From: Candidatus Eiseniibacteriota bacterium
Lineage (GTDB): Bacteria > Eisenbacteria > RBG-16-71-46
Assembly (NCBI GenBank): GCA_038231135.1
Contig: JBBRLX010000020.1
Location: 9,548-73,547, forward strand
Direction: 5' to 3'
Length of the DNA: 64,000 nt
The position numbers were made by a program, and so were the translations under genes. Under the pieces are notes generated by a model. That model was not told where the DNA came from, did not search any database, and worked only from the letters and a program-made list of their open reading frames with translations. Positions 1-12,600 of this stretch are shown here, piece by piece. Numbering within the stretch: the first letter of the stretch is position 1; each line of letters starts with the position of its first letter.

Positions 1-1
1 C

Positions 2-1174
2 GAAGCCTGCCCGCGGGGCGCGGCGCGCGACGATGCCGGTGGCGAGGGCCGTCAGCGCCAACCCGATCGCGAGCCCGAGCGCCACGCCTGCGGGCGCCAC
101 CGGCGCGCGGCTCGCGTTCAGGTATGCCGCAGCCACGCCGCATGCCACCCCCAGCAGCGCATAGAGGATCGCGAGCAGCGTGGTGGCACGCGCCGCCGCA
201 CCAGCCCGCGTCCACGCTTCACCCGCGATCCAGGCCAGCGGGGGAAACGCCGGCAGGAGATAGGTGACGAGCTTCGAGTGCGACAGCGTGAAGAACACCG
301 CGGCGAACGCGACGAAACCCAGTGCGACCCGGGAGGCGGCGCCGAGCCTCCGGCTCCACGGTGTCGCCAGCGACCACGGCAGCCCGCCCCCCAGCAGCAC
401 CGCCGGCACGAACCACGGCGGCTGGTCGCGATGAAACGACCCGGCGCTCAGGCGCTCGAGCGACTCCTCGAGGAACGCGTAGTGCGGATATTCCGGGTGA
501 CGCCGGCAGGCGAGCGCGAACCAGCCGCCGGCCACGGCGAGCGCCAGCACCCATCCCGGCCACCACGCGAGCCAGCGCAGCGGCGCCCGCGACCGCGATA
601 TCAGCGCCGCCGCGGCGCTGCCGCCCGCGGCCCACGCCAGCATGACCGGACCCTTGACGAGGAGTCCCGCGCCCACGCCCGCGAACATCAGCAGCCGGCC
701 ACGCGCGGTGGCGCCCGACTCGAGCTCGTCCACGAGCCCCGTCCACACCAGCGTTACGCACAGCGTGAGCGGCATGTCGAAGATCACGTAGGCCGACAGC
801 ATCAGGAACAGCGGCGCCGCGAGCAGCAGCAGCCCGCACCGCAGCGCGAACGCGTCGTCCTCGCGGCGGCGGGCGAGCCCGCACAGCAGCGCCATGGTGG
901 CCGCCGCCGCGAGCGCAGCCGGCAGCCGCACCGCCCACGCCGTGCGCCCGAATCCGCGGATCGCGAGCGCCGCGGCCCAGAACAGCGCCGGCGGCTTGTC
1001 GAGGTAGGGCATGCCCGCCAGCGCCGGGACGACCCAATCGCCCGACCGGGACATCTCCGCCGCCACCTCGGCGTTGCGTCCCTCGTCGGGATCGATGAGC
1101 GGAACGCTCCTCGCGATCACGAGCGCGGCGGCGAGCGTGAGCGCGGCGAGCAGCAGGGGCACGGCACGGGGCAT
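2..1174 (-). CDS. ArnT/PMT-like (GT-C) membrane glycosyltransferase, 3' end runs off the window
   Basis: Not in the ORF track. Manual reverse-strand translation from ATG 1174 gives MPRAVPLLLAALTLAAALVIARSVPLIDPDEGRNAEVAAEMSRSGDWVVPALAGMPYLDKPPALFW, containing the DE.R..E.A.EM and Y.DKPP motifs typical of ArnT, followed by hydrophobic helices and a ..KLVTYLLP motif. Confidence 0.85.
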   Translation of the reverse strand, partial: MPRAVPLLLAALTLAAALVIARSVPLIDPDEGRNAEVAAEMSRSGDWVVPALAGMPYLDKPPALFWAAALAIRGFGRTAWAVRLPAALAAAATMALLCGLARRREDDAFALRCGLLLLAAPLFLMLSAYVIFDMPLTLCVTLVWTGLVDELESGATARGRLLMFAGVGAGLLVKGPVMLAWAAGGSAAAALISRSRAPLRWLAWWPGWVLALAVAGGWFALACRRHPEYPHYAFLEESLERLSAGSFHRDQPPWFVPAVLLGGGLPWSLATPWSRRLGAASRVALGFVAFAAVFFTLSHSKLVTYLLPAFPPLAWIAGEAWTRAGAAARATTLLAILYALLGVACGVAAAYLNASRAPVAPAGVALGLAIGLALTALATGIVARRAPRAGF

Positions 1175-1445
1175 CGGTGGTCTCTCGCGTCGTGAACGGG
1201 GCCTCGAGGCATCGAGCCGGCCGACGTTAGGGGCGTGGAACGCGGAGCGTCAACTCGAGCCCTCGAGGTGTGCACGGCCGGTGGACGCCCCGCGATGCGC
1301 CGCGTTCCGTGCGTGCGCTCCGGGTCCGCGGCCGGTATCGTGGCGCGTCGTTCCCGCGGCAGCCGGCGTCCGGCGCCGTGACGGAGCTCGCCGTTGCCGC
1401 CGTGCGAATTCCCGCCGGCGCCTGGCGCACCGTGGAGGAGGTGGC

Positions 1446-2972
<1,527 letters not shown>

Positions 2973-2991
2973 CAGGGCGGGCGCCCCGGGA

Positions 2992-4068
2992 TCATGGCTT
3001 CGGACCGACCACCAGGATCACAAAGCTGCCGGGCACCACCGGCCCGCGCGGATGCGGGTGCTCGGGAGTCGGGGGCGGCGGATCGCCGAAGCTCGCGGTC
3101 GGCAGGTACACGCGATGGCTCGCGGGATCGAACGCCAGCGTGCGGGCGCCTTTCTGGGTCGGCAGCGTCGCCAGCACGCGATAGACGTTGGGCGCGTCCT
3201 GGTGCACCTCGGTGAGCGTGCCGTCGCTGCCGCCCGGCACGTAGATGATGCCGGTCGCCGGGTCGAACTCGACGCCATCGACGCCCTTGCCGATCGGCAG
3301 CGTGTCCACGACCGTGCCCCGCTCGGAATCGAGCACGACCAGCTTCTGGTTGGCGCAGCCCGCGAACAGGCGGTGGTGGGCGCGATCGATCGCGAGCCCG
3401 GTGGGACCCTTGCCCGGCGCGAGCGACCAGTGCGCCTCGACTCCCAGCGTGCGGGCGTTGAAGCGCTCGACGGCGCTGGTGTCCTCGAGGTTGATGAAGA
3501 TCCGGCCGTCGCCATCCGCCACGGCGAACTCGGGCGCGCCGCCGAGCGCGACCATGCCGACGACCGTGTCCGCGCCCGCGTCGATCGCCGTGACGTTATG
3601 GGTGCCGGCGTTGAACGCGAACACCCGCTTCGTCGAGGAATCGTAGAGGATCTCGTCGGGGTTGCGGCCGCCGGTCGGAATCTTGTGCAGCGTCGCCAGC
3701 GTCTTCAGGTCGAACACCGTGACCGACGAATCCCGGCCATTGCTGATGTAGCCACGCCCCACGTCCGGGGCCAGCGCCACCGCGTGGGCCCCCGGAGTGT
3801 CCGGGATCTCGCCCACCACGCGGCCCGAGTCGGTGCCGACGGCGATGACGCGCGAGCTGCGGCCCACGAACAGCCGGTGCCCGGCGGAATCGAACGTGAT
3901 GATGTCCCAGCCGCCGTCACCGCCGACCGCGAACCGCTGCAGCACCTGGTCCGGGTGAGCCTGCGGCTTCGCGGCGTGGGCGGCCAGTGCGAGGCCGGGA
4001 ACGAGCAGCAATCCCAGCGCCCATCGAGCGACGGCGCCGGTGGGCGGGATAGAACGCAGGAGATTCAT
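2992..4068 (-). CDS. YncE-like (YVTN) secreted beta-propeller protein
   Basis: Only the C-terminal part of track ORF 2992..5079 is credible. Signal peptide from MNLLRS; GGDGGWD, G.NPD.I.YD, GAPEF, GPTGLAID and KGARTLAFD blade motifs. Confidence 0.85.
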   Translation of the reverse strand: MNLLRSIPPTGAVARWALGLLLVPGLALAAHAAKPQAHPDQVLQRFAVGGDGGWDIITFDSAGHRLFVGRSSRVIAVGTDSGRVVGEIPDTPGAHAVALAPDVGRGYISNGRDSSVTVFDLKTLATLHKIPTGGRNPDEILYDSSTKRVFAFNAGTHNVTAIDAGADTVVGMVALGGAPEFAVADGDGRIFINLEDTSAVERFNARTLGVEAHWSLAPGKGPTGLAIDRAHHRLFAGCANQKLVVLDSERGTVVDTLPIGKGVDGVEFDPATGIIYVPGGSDGTLTEVHQDAPNVYRVLATLPTQKGARTLAFDPASHRVYLPTASFGDPPPPTPEHPHPRGPVVPGSFVILVVGPKP

Positions 4069-4135
4069 CGTCGGGATCCACCATCGATGGGCAGGAGGGG
4101 TCGATCGTGAGCTAGCGGCGACAATACCACGTGAC

Positions 4136-4152
4136 CTGAACCGGGGCGGAAC
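4136..4152 (-). promoter_or_regulatory. OmpR-family direct-repeat box GTTCCG-N5-GTTCAG upstream of the YncE-like gene
   Basis: 11-bp periodic repeat lying 9 nt upstream of a -10-like TATTGT (4121-4126, minus strand); same motif recurs at other promoters in the window. Confidence 0.5.
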
Positions 4153-4212
4153 GCAGTCGCGGCCGCAGAGCCATGATTTGCCGGCGTTCGGTTCGCTCAT
4201 TATCGTGCGGCC

Positions 4213-5325
4213 ATGGTCATCGTCACCACTTCGTTCGGGTTGCTGCTGATCGCGGTCGTGCTGTGGGATGCGTTCGAGACCATCCTGCTGCCCCGGCGGA
4301 TCGCGAGCCGGTTCCGGATCTCCCGCACGGTGCTGCGCAGCACCTGGCGCGTGTGGGCCGCCCTCGGCCGCCGCATCGCCGCCCGGAATCAGCGCGAGAA
4401 CTTCCTCAGCAACTACGCGCTGCTGTCGCTGATCGGACTGCTCGTGGTGTGGGCGGCGGGCCTCGTGGTCGGCTTCGCGTTTCTCCACTGGGGCGCCGGT
4501 TCCCGCCTGACGGCGCAGGACATGAACGGGGGCCTGCTCGCCGACCTCTACATGAGCGGCACCACGTTCTTCACACTGGGTCTCGGCGACGTGGTCCCGG
4601 CGTCGGCCGCCGCGCGCCTGATCACCGTGGTCGAGGCCGGCACCGGGTTCGGGTTCCTGGCGCTCGTGCTCGCCTACCTGCCGGTGCTGTACCAGTCGTT
4701 CTCGCGGCGGGAGGTGCGCATCACGATGCTCGACGAGTGGGCGGGGTCTCCGCCGGCGGCGGCGGTGATCCTGCGCCGCGCGTTCGAGAGCCGCGACCCG
4801 TCCGCCGCGCTCAACACGCTGTTGCGGGACTGGGAGCACGCGGCCGCCGAGATCCTCGAGAGCCACCTGTCGTACGGCATCCTCGCGTTCTTCCGCTCGC
4901 AGCACGACAACCAGTCGTGGCTCGCGGCGCTCGGCACGATCCTCGATTCCTGCGCGCTGGTGATCGTCGGCGTCGAGGGCATCGATCCGTTCCAGGCACG
5001 GCTCACGTTCGCGATCTGCCGCCACACGCTCGTCGACGTGAGTCAAAACCTGATGAAGGGACGCATGCTGCCGGACCATCCACCCGAGGCGCTGGCCGGT
5101 GTCGCGGAGCTCGAAGCCTGGCTGACCGCAGCGGGCGTGCCGGTGGCGCGCGGCGACGACGCGGTGCGCCGGCTGGCGGAGCTGCGCGGCATGTACATGC
5201 CGTACCTGGCGTCGCTGTCGGCGCTGCTGCTCACGCCGATGCCGGGCTGGCTGCCGCCCGCGCGATCCCGGTACAACTGGGAAACCACGGCATGGGCGCG
5301 CACCCGGCCCGAAGACGCGCCGTGA
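4213..5325 (+). CDS. Potassium-channel family (pore-loop) membrane protein
   Basis: TM-pore-TM arrangement with LYMSGTTFFTLGLGD filter-like motif and a cytoplasmic C-terminal domain (ESHLSY.IL.FFRSQH..QSWL). Confidence 0.8.
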   Translation: MVIVTTSFGLLLIAVVLWDAFETILLPRRIASRFRISRTVLRSTWRVWAALGRRIAARNQRENFLSNYALLSLIGLLVVWAAGLVVGFAFLHWGAGSRLTAQDMNGGLLADLYMSGTTFFTLGLGDVVPASAAARLITVVEAGTGFGFLALVLAYLPVLYQSFSRREVRITMLDEWAGSPPAAAVILRRAFESRDPSAALNTLLRDWEHAAAEILESHLSYGILAFFRSQHDNQSWLAALGTILDSCALVIVGVEGIDPFQARLTFAICRHTLVDVSQNLMKGRMLPDHPPEALAGVAELEAWLTAAGVPVARGDDAVRRLAELRGMYMPYLASLSALLLTPMPGWLPPARSRYNWETTAWARTRPEDAP

Positions 5326-5753
5326 GCCGTCCCCGGCCCGGCGGCATGGCGGCGCGCACGGCGCCGAGGGTGCGGAGGCCGCGGGCGCGGCCGGGCGCGG
5401 AGGCCCGCCCGAACTCCTACACGCTCGTTTACGCGGTGGTGCGTCGCATCCCGCGCGGCCGGGTGGCGTCGTATGGCCAGATCGCGGCGCTGGCCGGGTT
5501 GCCGCGGCGGGCGCGGCTCGTGGGTTACGCGCTGCACGCGGCGCCGCCCGGCGCCCTGCCCTGGCACCGGGTCGTCGACGCCACCGGCCGCTTGAGCCTC
5601 GGCCGGATCGACGCCGCCGGAGCGGCCACGCAGCGCCTGCGACTCGAGCGCGAAGGGGTGCGGTTCGACGCGCGCGGACGGGTCCAGCTCGACCGCCACC
5701 GTTGGCGCGTGACCCCGCCGCGAACGGCCGGAACCCGCGCCCACACCGGTTAA
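5322..5753 (+). CDS. Alkyltransferase-like (ATL/YbaZ-type) O6-alkylguanine DNA-binding protein
   Basis: GTG 5322 overlaps the upstream TGA; IP.G.V.SYGQIA..AG...AR.VG and PWHRVV, with Trp in place of the catalytic Cys of PCHR. Confidence 0.88.
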   Translation: MSRPRPGGMAARTAPRVRRPRARPGAEARPNSYTLVYAVVRRIPRGRVASYGQIAALAGLPRRARLVGYALHAAPPGALPWHRVVDATGRLSLGRIDAAGAATQRLRLEREGVRFDARGRVQLDRHRWRVTPPRTAGTRAHTG

Positions 5754-5765
5754 GAGGCCATTCAG
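5749..5765 (+). promoter_or_regulatory. OmpR-family direct-repeat box GTTAAG-N5-ATTCAG upstream of the barrel-PepSY-RND operon
   Basis: 11-bp periodic repeat about 80 nt before ATG 5848; the operon ends in an OmpR-type regulator and kinase. Confidence 0.5.
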
Positions 5766-5847
5766 GACCCCGTGTGAACCTCGGTTTGAATTACCGGGAT
5801 GGGTGCCCATGTCACCTCGCGCCGGATAGAGATTCAGGGGAGGTTCC

Positions 5848-6645
5848 ATGAACGTCGCGGCATGCGGTGGCCGGCTCGCGATGATCGTCACACTGGTGAC
5901 GGCAATTCCAGTGGTGTCCGAGGCCCAGCTCCTCGAGACGGAGACCGCCCGGTTCCCACGCCGCGGTTCGTTCGAGCTGGGCACCGGCTTCGAATTCCAG
6001 ACTTCGAGCGAGGGCACCGAACGGGCGGTGCCGCTGGCGGTGGAATACGGCGTCGCGGAGCGCTTTTCGCTGCTCGTCGAGCCAGTGGCATATACGGCCA
6101 TCCTGCCGAAGCACGGCGCGCAAGCGACGGGGATCGGCGACCTCGAAGCGACGGCGTTCTACCTGCTGTGCCACGAGCGCGGCGCGATCCCGGCGCTCGC
6201 CGGGGCATTCGAGGTCAAGTTTCCCGTGGCGCGTAGCCGGCTGATCGGCTCCGGCAAGAGCGATTATGCCGGGTACCTGATCGCCAGCCGGCATCTGGGC
6301 GCGGTCGACGTTCACGCCAACCTCACCTACACGTTCCTGGGCCAGCCGGCGGGAACCACGCTGAACAACACCGTGGGCGGGGCGCTGGCTGCCGAGTACG
6401 CCGTCACCACGACCTGGCTGCTGTTTGGTGAGGCGCTCGCGACGTCGGCGTCGGCTCCCGAAGGCGGCGGCGACAACCCCGCCAGCCCCGCAGCGGTGAC
6501 TCCCGAAGCCGCTGGCGGCGAAGTGGTGGGGACCGCGGGTCTCGGATACGCGCCGGTGCAACATCTGGTGCTGTCGCTCGGAGTCAGTTACGACAACAAC
6601 CTCGCCTGGCAGTTGCGTCCGGGAATCACCTACGGACTGCATTGA
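5848..6645 (+). CDS. Putative outer-membrane beta-barrel 'transporter' (MetA-pathway-like family)
   Basis: Signal peptide, G.GD and G.G..D motifs, alternating beta-strand pattern, terminal GITYGLH. Start could be 5881. Confidence 0.65.
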   Translation: MNVAACGGRLAMIVTLVTAIPVVSEAQLLETETARFPRRGSFELGTGFEFQTSSEGTERAVPLAVEYGVAERFSLLVEPVAYTAILPKHGAQATGIGDLEATAFYLLCHERGAIPALAGAFEVKFPVARSRLIGSGKSDYAGYLIASRHLGAVDVHANLTYTFLGQPAGTTLNNTVGGALAAEYAVTTTWLLFGEALATSASAPEGGGDNPASPAAVTPEAAGGEVVGTAGLGYAPVQHLVLSLGVSYDNNLAWQLRPGITYGLH

Positions 6646-6715
6646 CGGCCGGCGGAACGTCGGGCCGGCCACGGCCGTGTCGACCGCCGGATGCTCGAAA
6701 CCGGAGGAAGAGCTT

Positions 6716-7102
6716 ATGAGCAACAAGCGATTCACCCTGCTGGTCCTGGCCATGCTCGTGCCCGCGTGCGCGCTGGCGGCGGCCACTGCGAAGCCGGCCC
6801 GGGCACGGCACCATAAGGTGGCGGCGGCGATGCATCCCAGCGTCAGCGCCGATTCGGCGCGCGCGATCGCCACGGCCCGCCTCCCGGGCGCGACCGTGAA
6901 GTCCGAGGAACTGGAACGGGAGCACGGTCATCTGATCTATTCGTACGACATGGTTGTGCCCGGTAAGTCCGGGATCGACGAGGTGAACGTGGACGCGATG
7001 ACGGGAAAGGTGCTCAATGTGTCGCATGAGGGTCCGAAGAAGGAGGCCAGGGAGCATCGGCAGGAGGCCCGTGAGGCCAGCAAGGACAGCACCGGTCACT
7101 GA
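6716..7102 (+). CDS. Secreted PepSY-domain protein
   Basis: GGAGG RBS; signal peptide; A.AIA....PG.......LE.E.G..IY......EV.VDA.TGKVL PepSY signature. Confidence 0.88.
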   Translation: MSNKRFTLLVLAMLVPACALAAATAKPARARHHKVAAAMHPSVSADSARAIATARLPGATVKSEELEREHGHLIYSYDMVVPGKSGIDEVNVDAMTGKVLNVSHEGPKKEAREHRQEAREASKDSTGH

Positions 7103-7120
7103 GCGGAGCCGCTCCCGTAG

Positions 7121-8587
7121 ATGACCCGTCCCGACCTCGACGCGCCCGGCAGAGTCCGGGCGCGTGCGGCCCGTTCGCCGCGCGCGCCCGAACGGCCGGG
7201 CGTCATTCGCTGCAGCGCCGTGGCCGCGCTGCTGATCGCCATCCACGGGATCGACTCCTGGGCGGCGGGCTTGCCGCGTGATTCCGGCGCGGGCACGCCG
7301 GCCGATTCCGCTGCGACTGCACCCGCGAGCACGGGTGCGGTGCCGTTCGACTCGCTCACCGTCGAACGCGCGATCGAGCTGGCACGTGCCCATGCACCCG
7401 ACGTGCTGACGGCCGCGGCGCTCCACGGTGCCGCCCGGTTCGATTCGATGGCGGCGGGATTCAACCGACGGGCGGCGCTGTCGGTGGCCGGGGGCGCCAC
7501 CGTCGCCCCTCACGGGTTCTACGATCCGGTGATCACGAACCTCGGCGACTACGATCTCAAGCTGGTCGCGGAGCTTCCGGTGCTGGATGGCGGCGCCCGC
7601 GCCCGCGAGCGCGCCCGGGCGGCGCTGGGCGTGACGTCCGCGGCGGCCGACCTGGCGGCGGCGCGCCGCGACGCCGGGCAGCGCGCCGCGCTGGTGGCGC
7701 TCGACGAATTGCGCCAGCAGGACAACGAGCGCGCGCAGTCGGCCGCGCTCGAGTGGATCGACCGGCTCGCGAGCATCGTCGCGTCGGCGGTGCGGGCCGG
7801 CGCGCGGGGCCAGGCGGACGCCATGCGCGTGACACTCGAGCGATCCAACGTCGAGCTCGCACTGCTGACCACGCGGCAGACGCGCGCGGCGCTGGCCCGG
7901 GAACTGGTGGAGTTGACGGGCAGCCCGGGTCCGGTGGCGGTGCGCACACCGGCGCCCGCGGCGGACACGCCGCCGGTGGCCGCGGATTCGACGCGCCTGA
8001 TCGAACGGCTCGCGGCGTCCCCGGCCGTGCGGCAGGCCGAAGCCGAGGCGGCGCTCCAGCGCGTGGCCCTCGACGAGTCGCGGCGCCGGAATGCGATTCA
8101 GCTCGGGCTCACCGCCGACGCGGGCCTCGCCGGATCCGATCTGACCGCGGCCGTTCCCGAGGATTTTCGGGTCACCCATCCCGGCGCCACGTTCGCGGAC
8201 CGGCTGCGCCGCGATCTCGGCGCGTCCGCGGCCGTGCGGTTCAAGCAGCCGTTGCTCGACCGTTCCGTCCCCGCGGCCGTCGCCGCCCGCCGCGACGCGC
8301 TGCGGGCCGCGCTGCTGCGCCGCGACGCGGCGATGGCGCGCGGCGTCCGCGAGGCGCAGGATCGGCTCGATGCCTGGCGCACGGCCGCCCGGCGCACGCG
8401 CGCCGCGGCGATCGCCGCGGCGCAGGCGCAGGAGAACCTGCTGCGGCTGCGATCGCTGTACGCGGGCGGCGGCACCGGGCTGCTCGATCTGCTCGACGCC
8501 CGCCGCCGCCTGGACGACGCGTTCGAGCAACTGGGATCGGCGAGCTTCGATGCGCGTGTGGCGCACTACCAGGCGGAGATCCCGTGA
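7121..8587 (+). CDS. TolC-family outer-membrane efflux channel
   Basis: LT.E.AI.LA, P.LDGG, coiled-coil Ala/Arg helices and Y..G....LDLLDA motif; immediately upstream of MFP and RND genes. Start uncertain. Confidence 0.8.
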   Translation: MTRPDLDAPGRVRARAARSPRAPERPGVIRCSAVAALLIAIHGIDSWAAGLPRDSGAGTPADSAATAPASTGAVPFDSLTVERAIELARAHAPDVLTAAALHGAARFDSMAAGFNRRAALSVAGGATVAPHGFYDPVITNLGDYDLKLVAELPVLDGGARARERARAALGVTSAAADLAAARRDAGQRAALVALDELRQQDNERAQSAALEWIDRLASIVASAVRAGARGQADAMRVTLERSNVELALLTTRQTRAALARELVELTGSPGPVAVRTPAPAADTPPVAADSTRLIERLAASPAVRQAEAEAALQRVALDESRRRNAIQLGLTADAGLAGSDLTAAVPEDFRVTHPGATFADRLRRDLGASAAVRFKQPLLDRSVPAAVAARRDALRAALLRRDAAMARGVREAQDRLDAWRTAARRTRAAAIAAAQAQENLLRLRSLYAGGGTGLLDLLDARRRLDDAFEQLGSASFDARVAHYQAEIP

Positions 8588-9609
8588 GCGAATCGATGTC
8601 CCATGACCGCGGCCGGCGTCCCGGGGCCGGGCCGTTCACCCTATTCCGCCGCGGGTTGCTGGTGCTGGGCGCGTGCGCCCTGAGCGCCGGGTGCGCGAAG
8701 CACGAGGATCCCGCCGAGCCGGCCGCCGATCCCGTGGTGCCCGTGCATCTCGCCGCCGTCGAATCCCGCGTGTTCGAGGACCAGGTCGATGCGACCGGCA
8801 CGTGGCGGAGCCAGGGGGAGACGGTCGTCGCGGCGCCGTTCCCGTGCGTGGTGCTCGAGTTGTCGGTGCGCGCGGGCGACGTGGTCCGCGCCGGCCAGCC
8901 GCTGGGCGCCGTGACCACGCTGGAATCGCACGCGGCCCTGCGCGGCGCCACCCTGCTGTCGCAGGAGGCGCACGATCCCGAGTCGCGCTCCGAGGCGGAG
9001 CATGCGCTGCAGCTGGCGCGCCGCGATCGTGTGCACGTGCCGATCGACGCCCCGCAGGCCGGTGTCGTGGTGCGCCGCTCGATCGAGCCGGGGGCGCAGG
9101 TCGCCGAGGCGGCCGAGATCCTGGCGATCGTGCCGTGGAGCTCCATGGTGTTCGAGGCCCACGTACCGCAGGAGCGGCGCGGCCGGCTGCGCCCCGGCGA
9201 GCGCGCGGTGATCCGCGAGCAGGGCCTGCCACCGCGGGCGGCCACGGTGCAGCGGGTGCTCCCGGCGGCGGACGTGGCCGACCAGTCGACGCTGGCCTGG
9301 CTCACCCCCGCGACGCTGGCGCCCGCCCCGCAGATCGATCACTTCGGTTCGGCATCGATCACGCTCGGCGCATCGCACCGGGCGCCCGCGATCCCGGATT
9401 CGGCGGTAGTCGAGGACGACCTCACGGGAGTGAAGCGCGTCGCGGTCGTGGACTCGACGGGGCACGCCCACTGGCGCGCGGTGACCCTCGGCGCGGGCGC
9501 CGCGGGCTGGCACGAGCTCCAGCCGCCGAACCTCGCGCCCGGGACCGCAGTCGTCGTCGAAGGCCAGCGCGGACTGCCGGATGGATCGCGGGTGAAGAAG
9601 TCTCCGTGA
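8584..9609 (+). CDS. RND efflux membrane-fusion (periplasmic adaptor) lipoprotein
   Basis: GTG overlaps the tolC stop; lipobox LSAGC; V.AGD.V.AGQ.L, I.AP..GVV, IP.SAV and L.DG.RV motifs. Confidence 0.88.
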   Translation: MSESMSHDRGRRPGAGPFTLFRRGLLVLGACALSAGCAKHEDPAEPAADPVVPVHLAAVESRVFEDQVDATGTWRSQGETVVAAPFPCVVLELSVRAGDVVRAGQPLGAVTTLESHAALRGATLLSQEAHDPESRSEAEHALQLARRDRVHVPIDAPQAGVVVRRSIEPGAQVAEAAEILAIVPWSSMVFEAHVPQERRGRLRPGERAVIREQGLPPRAATVQRVLPAADVADQSTLAWLTPATLAPAPQIDHFGSASITLGASHRAPAIPDSAVVEDDLTGVKRVAVVDSTGHAHWRAVTLGAGAAGWHELQPPNLAPGTAVVVEGQRGLPDGSRVKKSP

Positions 9610-12600
9610 TCCGGATCCTCGAGTTCATCGACCGGAGCCGCAGCGCGATCATCGCGACGCTCACGCTGCTGTTCCTGGGGGGGGTGGCGGGCGCGCTCCG
9701 CATGCCCGCCGCGATCCTGCCGGAAGTGACGTTCCCGCGCATCAGCGTGATCGCCGACAGCGGTGAGCGGCCGGCCGAGGACATGGTCCGCAGCGTCACG
9801 CGTCCGATCGAGGAGGCGGTGCGGCGGGTGCCCGAACTGGTCCAGGTGCGCTCGACCACCAGCCGGGGCTCGGCCGAGATCCACCTCGACTGCGACTGGC
9901 GCGCGTCGATGCCGCGCGCGCTGCAACAGGTCCAGGCGCAGATCGACGCGATCCGCCAGCGGCTGCCGGCCGGCACCACCGTCGAGGCGCGGCTGATGAG
10001 CCCGGTGCTGTTTCCGGTGGTGGGACTCTCGCTGACGTCGAAGACGCGCACGCCGGCCGAGCTGCGCGATCTGGCGGTCATGCAGATCCAGCCGGCGCTG
10101 ACGCGGCTCGAGGGCGTGGCGGACGTGGTGATCCAGGGTGGCGAGCGGCCGGAGGCCCGCGTGACGCTCGATCCGCACGCGCTCGAGGCGCGGCATCTCG
10201 ATCCGGCACGCGTGGCGGAGGTCGTGCAGAAGGCCACCGAGCTGCAGCCGGTGGGACTGTTGCCGTCGAACGGCGAGTTCTATCTCGCGCTCGCCGACGC
10301 CCGCCCGGCCAACCTCGCCGCGCTGCGCGCGGTGCCGGTGCCGGTCGACAGCGGCGCGCCCGTTCCGCTCGGTTCGCTCGGGGACGTGGCGCTCGCCGCG
10401 ATCCCGGAATTCACCCGCTATGCCGCCGGGCCCGGGCCGGCCGTGCTGGTCAACATCCTGCGCAAGCCGTCGGCGAGCACGCTCGGGGTGTCGAAGGGTG
10501 TCCACGCGTGGTTCGCCGCCCATAGCACCCTGGTGCCGGCCGACGTGCGCGTCGAAACGTTCTACGACCAGTCGGACCTCGTCAGCGCCTCGGTCGGGAG
10601 CGTGCGCGACAGCCTGCTCGTCGGCGCCCTGATGGCGGTGATCGTGGTGCTGTTATTCCTGCGCAGCGTCCGGCTCGGCATCGCCGGCGCGGTCGTGCTG
10701 CCGGGGGCGATCGGGCTCACGCTCGCAGGACTGGCGCTCACCGGCCAGGCGCTCAATCTGATGACGCTCGGCGGCATCGCGGCGGCCGTGGGGCTGGTCC
10801 TCGACGACGCGATCGTGATCGTCGAGCATCTCGCGCATCGCGCGGTCGCGGGCATGACCCGCGCGCACATCCGCGAGGCGACCGCCGAGATCGTTCCGAT
10901 CCTCACCGGCTCCAGCCTGTGCACGCTCGCGATCTTCGTTCCGTTCATGTACCTCGACGGCGTCGCCGGGGCGTTCTTCCGCGTGCTCGCGCTGTCGATG
11001 GCGTTGATGCTGTCGAGCTCGTGGATGCTGTGCGTGGTCGTCGCGCCGTGGTTCGCGGTCGCCGGCCCGGCCCACGCGGAGCGCACCGGGCGGCTGGCGC
11101 GCACGCTCGATCGCGGGCTCATCCCCACGCTGCGGTGGCGGTGGATCGCGGTCGCGGTGCCGGTGCTGCTGCTGCTGTGTGTGATCCCGCTGCGCGCCAC
11201 GCTCGGTTCGGGGTTCCTGCCCGAGATGGACGAGGGCGCGCTGATCCTCGATTTCGTGGCGCCGGCCGGCATGTCGGCGATCGAGACCGACCGGATGCTG
11301 CGCCGCGTGGAGGCCGGCTTCGCGGATGTGCCCGAGATCGCCGCGTGGTCGCGCCGCACCGGGGATCAGCTCGGGTTCTTCATCACGGAATCCAACAACG
11401 GCGACTATGTGCTGCGGCTGAAGGACAAGCGCCAGCGCTCCGCGGACGCGATCGCGGACGCGATCCGCGGCCGGATCGAGGCCACGCAGCCGGCGCTCGA
11501 GGTCGAGTTCGGACAGCTCGTCGAGGACGTGGTCGGGGACCTCACCACGGCGCCCCAGCCGATCGAGGTGCGAGTCCTCGGCGAGGACCGTGTCGTCGAC
11601 GAGCAGCGCGCCCAGCAGGTGGCGCACATGCTGGCGGCGGTGCGCGGCGTGGTGGACGTCCGCAGCGGCGTGGTGGTGAGCGGTCCCAATGTCGCGATCG
11701 TACCCGGGGCCGGCGCCCGTCGGAACGGCATCGACGCCGCCATGCTGGCGAGCCAGGTGTCACCCTACGTGCAGGGACTCGATGCCGGCCAGATCACCCG
11801 CGGCGTCCGCGCGTGGCCGATCCGGATCGTGCTGCCGTCGCCGCCCGGTAGCGTCGGACCCCTGCAACTCGAGGACGTCCGGGTGCCGGTGGGGCCGGGC
11901 CGCTGGGCCCGGCTCGGGGAGCTCGCGACCGTGCGCGTCGAGCCCGGGGAGACCGAGATCCATCGCGACAACCAGCGCACGCTGACCGCTGCGACCGCCC
12001 GGTTGTCGGGGCGCGATCTGGGATCGGCGATGACCGAGATCCAGCGCCGGGTGGCGCGCGAGATTCCGCTCGGCCCCGGAATGAGCGTCCAGTATGGCGG
12101 CCTGTGGGCCGAGCAACAGTCGTCGTTCCGCGGCCTCGCGATCGTGCTGCTGGGTGCGGTGGCGGCCGTGATGCTGGTGCTGATATTTTCGTTCCGCTCC
12201 TGGTGGCGCACGGGAGCGGTCCTGCTGGTCGCGGCCGCGTCGCTCATGGGGGTGTTCGTCGCGCTGCACGTGGGCCAGGCGACGTTCAACATCATGAGCT
12301 TCGTGGGCGCCATCATGGTGGTCGGCATCGTGGCCGAGAACGCGTACTTTCTGGTGGCGGCGTTCGATGCCGAACTCGCGCGCGGCGAGCTTCCCCGCGC
12401 GGCGGCCGCGGCCGCCGCGCATCGCCGCCTGCGCCCGGTGCTCATGACCACGGCGGCCGGCATCGCGGCGCTGGCGCCGCTCGCGCTCGGCGCGGGTTCG
12501 GGCAGCGCGTTGTTGCGACCGCTGGCGCTCGCGGTCATCGGCGGATTCACGAACTCGGCACCGCTGCTGCTCATGGTGCTGCCGGGTCTGCTCGCAATCA

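Noticed and set aside
5832..5848. Additional direct-repeat box ATTCAG-N5-GTTCCA
   Set aside because: It overlaps the RBS and start codon and has no downstream -10 element; it may be chance.
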